This document shows positions 38,066 through 40,786 of a stretch of DNA of 40,786 bases, piece by piece. Within the stretch, counting starts at the first letter, position 1; each line of letters begins with the position of its first letter. Both the position numbers and the translations under genes were made by a program. Below the pieces are notes generated by a model. It was not told the origin of the DNA. It saw nothing but the letters and a program-made list of their open reading frames with translations, and did not search any database. Source of the DNA: Octopus bimaculoides (Eukaryota); the NCBI RefSeq assembly GCF_001194135.2, contig NC_069003.1, positions 35,470,848 through 35,511,633 on the forward strand, read 5' to 3'.

Positions 38066-38087
38066 TCAACATAATTGGACTTTGGTG
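38066..38087 (+). CDS. Putative microexon E10 (22 nt)
   Basis: ctttatttctacttgatgtttccag|TCAACATAATTGGACTTTGGTG|gtaagt. Confidence 0.5.
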
Positions 38088-39865
38088 GTAAGTACGGCTT
38101 TTATACTCTCCAAACATTATTTCAATACACACAGGCGTACAAATATATATATATATATATATATATANNNNNNNNNNNNNNNNNNNNNNNNNNNNNNNNN
38201 NNNNNNNNNNNNNNNNNNNNNNNNNNNNNNNNNNNNNNNNNNNNNNNNNNNNNNNNNNNNNNNNNNNNNNNNNNNNNNNNNNNNNNNNNNNNNNNNNNNN
38301 NNNNNNNNNNNNNNNNNNNNNNNNNNNNNNNNNNNNNNNNNNNNNNNNNNNNNNNNNNNNNNNNNNNNNNNNNNNNNNNNNNNNNNNNNNNNNNNNNNNN
38401 NNNNNNNNNNNNNNNNNNNNNNNNNNNNNNNNNNNNNNNNNNNNNNNNNNNNNNNNNNNNNNNNNNNNNNNNNNNNNNNNNNNNNNNNNNNNNNNNNNNN
38501 NNNNNNNNNNNNNNNNNNNNNNNNNNNNNNNNNNNNNNNNNNNNNNNNNNNNNNNNNNNNNNNNNNNNNNNNNNNNNNNNNNNNNNNNNNNNNNNNNNNN
38601 NNNNNNNNNNNNNNNNNNNNNNNNNNNNNNNNNNNNNNNNNNNNNNNNNNNNNNNNNNNNNNNNNNNNNNNNNNNNNNNNNNNNNNNNNNNNNNNNNNNN
38701 TATATATATATATATATATATATATATGCAGACGTACCCTTTGGAAATGGGTGCGATATAAGTTTCCCAAGTCCTTTTGCAATAGCCCTGCAAGATGTGT
38801 CAAATATTAGCGTATCATTGGCTGAGTTCCCTTTATTTATTGCATGTACTAATTTATATAACTTCTAAGTTTTATCCAATAATACGAGGAAATTACTTAT
38901 ACTAGATATCGACAAATTCTTTGAATGACTATACAAATAATTGCTTATATATAAAATACGTACCATCTAAAAGTCTTATAGTGTGAAGTCTTCTAATATA
39001 TATTTTTTCAATCTTTACTTAAAATACATTTGTTTTCTTAAGTTATTTTCCGTTTCACTTAAATGTTTTGAGGCATTTCATTACGCTTCAAAATTTAAAC
39101 GTATTCCCATTTAAGACACTTCAATTATAATTAAAATATTTTCAGAAAACTGTGATACAGTGGTTTCTTTTCTTACCCTGTTAGAGAGTTTTAAATATTA
39201 CTATTTTTAAGACAATATTTTGTAGCTGTTTTATCTTCAAGTTTTGTTTTCGTTGCACACAGGAAATGTCGGGATAAAATATTTAATTTGCAAAATCCAG
39301 TGATAAAATAAAATAAGACAAAAATAATTTTTATCGAAGTTTTCTGCTTCTTAATTTTATGTTTATGATTTCATCTGACACTAATTTAAGAACAGCGTGT
39401 GTGCATATGTGTACATTATGTATGTGTAACTTAATTTCCTCACTGATTTCCGAAAGTAGCTTTCCTTCAAAATATTTATGTTTTTGGTGTACATTTACTT
39501 AGAAATTTGCAAGATAGAATGCTATTTTTGAATATTTAATCGTTTCAAATATAAACGTCACAGACGGAAGTTATGTTACGACATATGATATATTTTATAT
39601 TCCATATCGTCAACTGTCTTATAAACAGAATCTCATCAGACGACTTATACTTTGAAATGTCTAAAAAATAACGTTTTTAAGTAGTTTACAAATAATATTT
39701 ACATTAATTAAATTTAATAAAAGTGACAAAGTTTGATAAGTGTAAAATTAGCTGACGGAAAATCCAGAGTAATCGTGTTTGACGTGATTTCAAATTAAGA
39801 ACAATGGGCTTAGATGTAACCCCCCTTTCTCTTTCCATCCCTTTTACTTTCTCTCACACACATAT

Positions 39866-39942
<77 letters not shown>

Positions 39943-40159
39943 TTTTTTAAAGTTTAAGCACAAGCTCATATCGCATGTTTCTCTGTGTATGATCAACTTA
40001 ACATAAACATTTCGTAATTCACTTTCATTGACTGAATATTACTCAAGTAATTAATGTGATAAATACGAAGCAAAACAGTTATAATTACGGTGATACGTTA
40101 GCATTCTGTAACTGAATATCGATTTATGGCATACAACGTTTGCATGAAAATTTCCTTCA

Positions 40160-40302
40160 AATTACGTGCATATAAATATGTGTATGAAAATGTAAATATA
40201 AAAATACGTAAGTATATATACGTAAAAATATGAATATAAGTATGTGTATATCAGTAAGTATATGCATTTATTCGTATACATATGTATGTATANNNNNNNN
40301 NN

Positions 40303-40337
<35 letters not shown>

Positions 40338-40786
40338 GCTTATATATGTACAAACATACATGTATACATATATGTATGTGTATATATATTTATATATAAA
40401 TATATATATATATATATATGTATGTATATATAAAAATATATGCATATATAAATGTACGTATGTACGTGTATAAAAATAGATATGTATACATGTAAATAGA
40501 TGTATATATATTTGTATATATATATGCGTGTGTTCGTGTGTGTGTGTGTATTCACATGCATATGCATTTACGTATCTATTACTATGTATATTTATGTATA
40601 TATAAATATATATGTATGCATGTATAAGTATGTACAGATATGGACATCTATGTATATATGTATGTATATATATATATATATATATGAAGATGTTCATATA
40701 TGAAAAAATATATATATATGTATCAATATATCTATGTGTATATATGGATATATTTTTGTATGGAAATATATATATATATATATATA
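40160..40786. repeat. TA-rich degenerate microsatellite block with a small gap
   Basis: Directly visible. Confidence 0.9.

Noticed and set aside
98-40703. Most ORF-track entries (YIYI, HTHT, CVCV, SLSL runs and ORFs through N gaps)
   Set aside because: They are translations of dinucleotide microsatellites and gaps, with no protein complexity.

Overview
AT-rich eukaryotic genomic DNA, very dense in microsatellites, with five N-gaps each bordered by (TA)n on at least one side. The repeat families look like octopus SINEs, so an Octopus/coleoid scaffold is inferred from recalled family sequences, not from a search. There is no long intact ORF, and the ORF track is mostly microsatellite artefact. 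Recognisable elements are many tRNA-derived SINEs (one young copy with a perfect 19-bp target-site duplication), two degraded CR1/L2-group LINE fragments, an RLE-type (R2/R4/NeSL-like) LINE 3' fragment, a mariner remnant and a possible Penelope fragment. The main unexplained signal is a chain of plus-strand candidate microexons of 4-35 nt spread over about 24 kb (14.1-38.1 kb). Each sits between a pyrimidine-tract/AG acceptor and a donor, which is G|GTRAGT in six cases. The seven best splice into one open frame (RFSPPLLFLGLIPCSLQCLLVTLRQHNWTLV). This may be a micro-exon gene, but it needs RNA-seq confirmation, and similar decoy sites exist on the minus strand.
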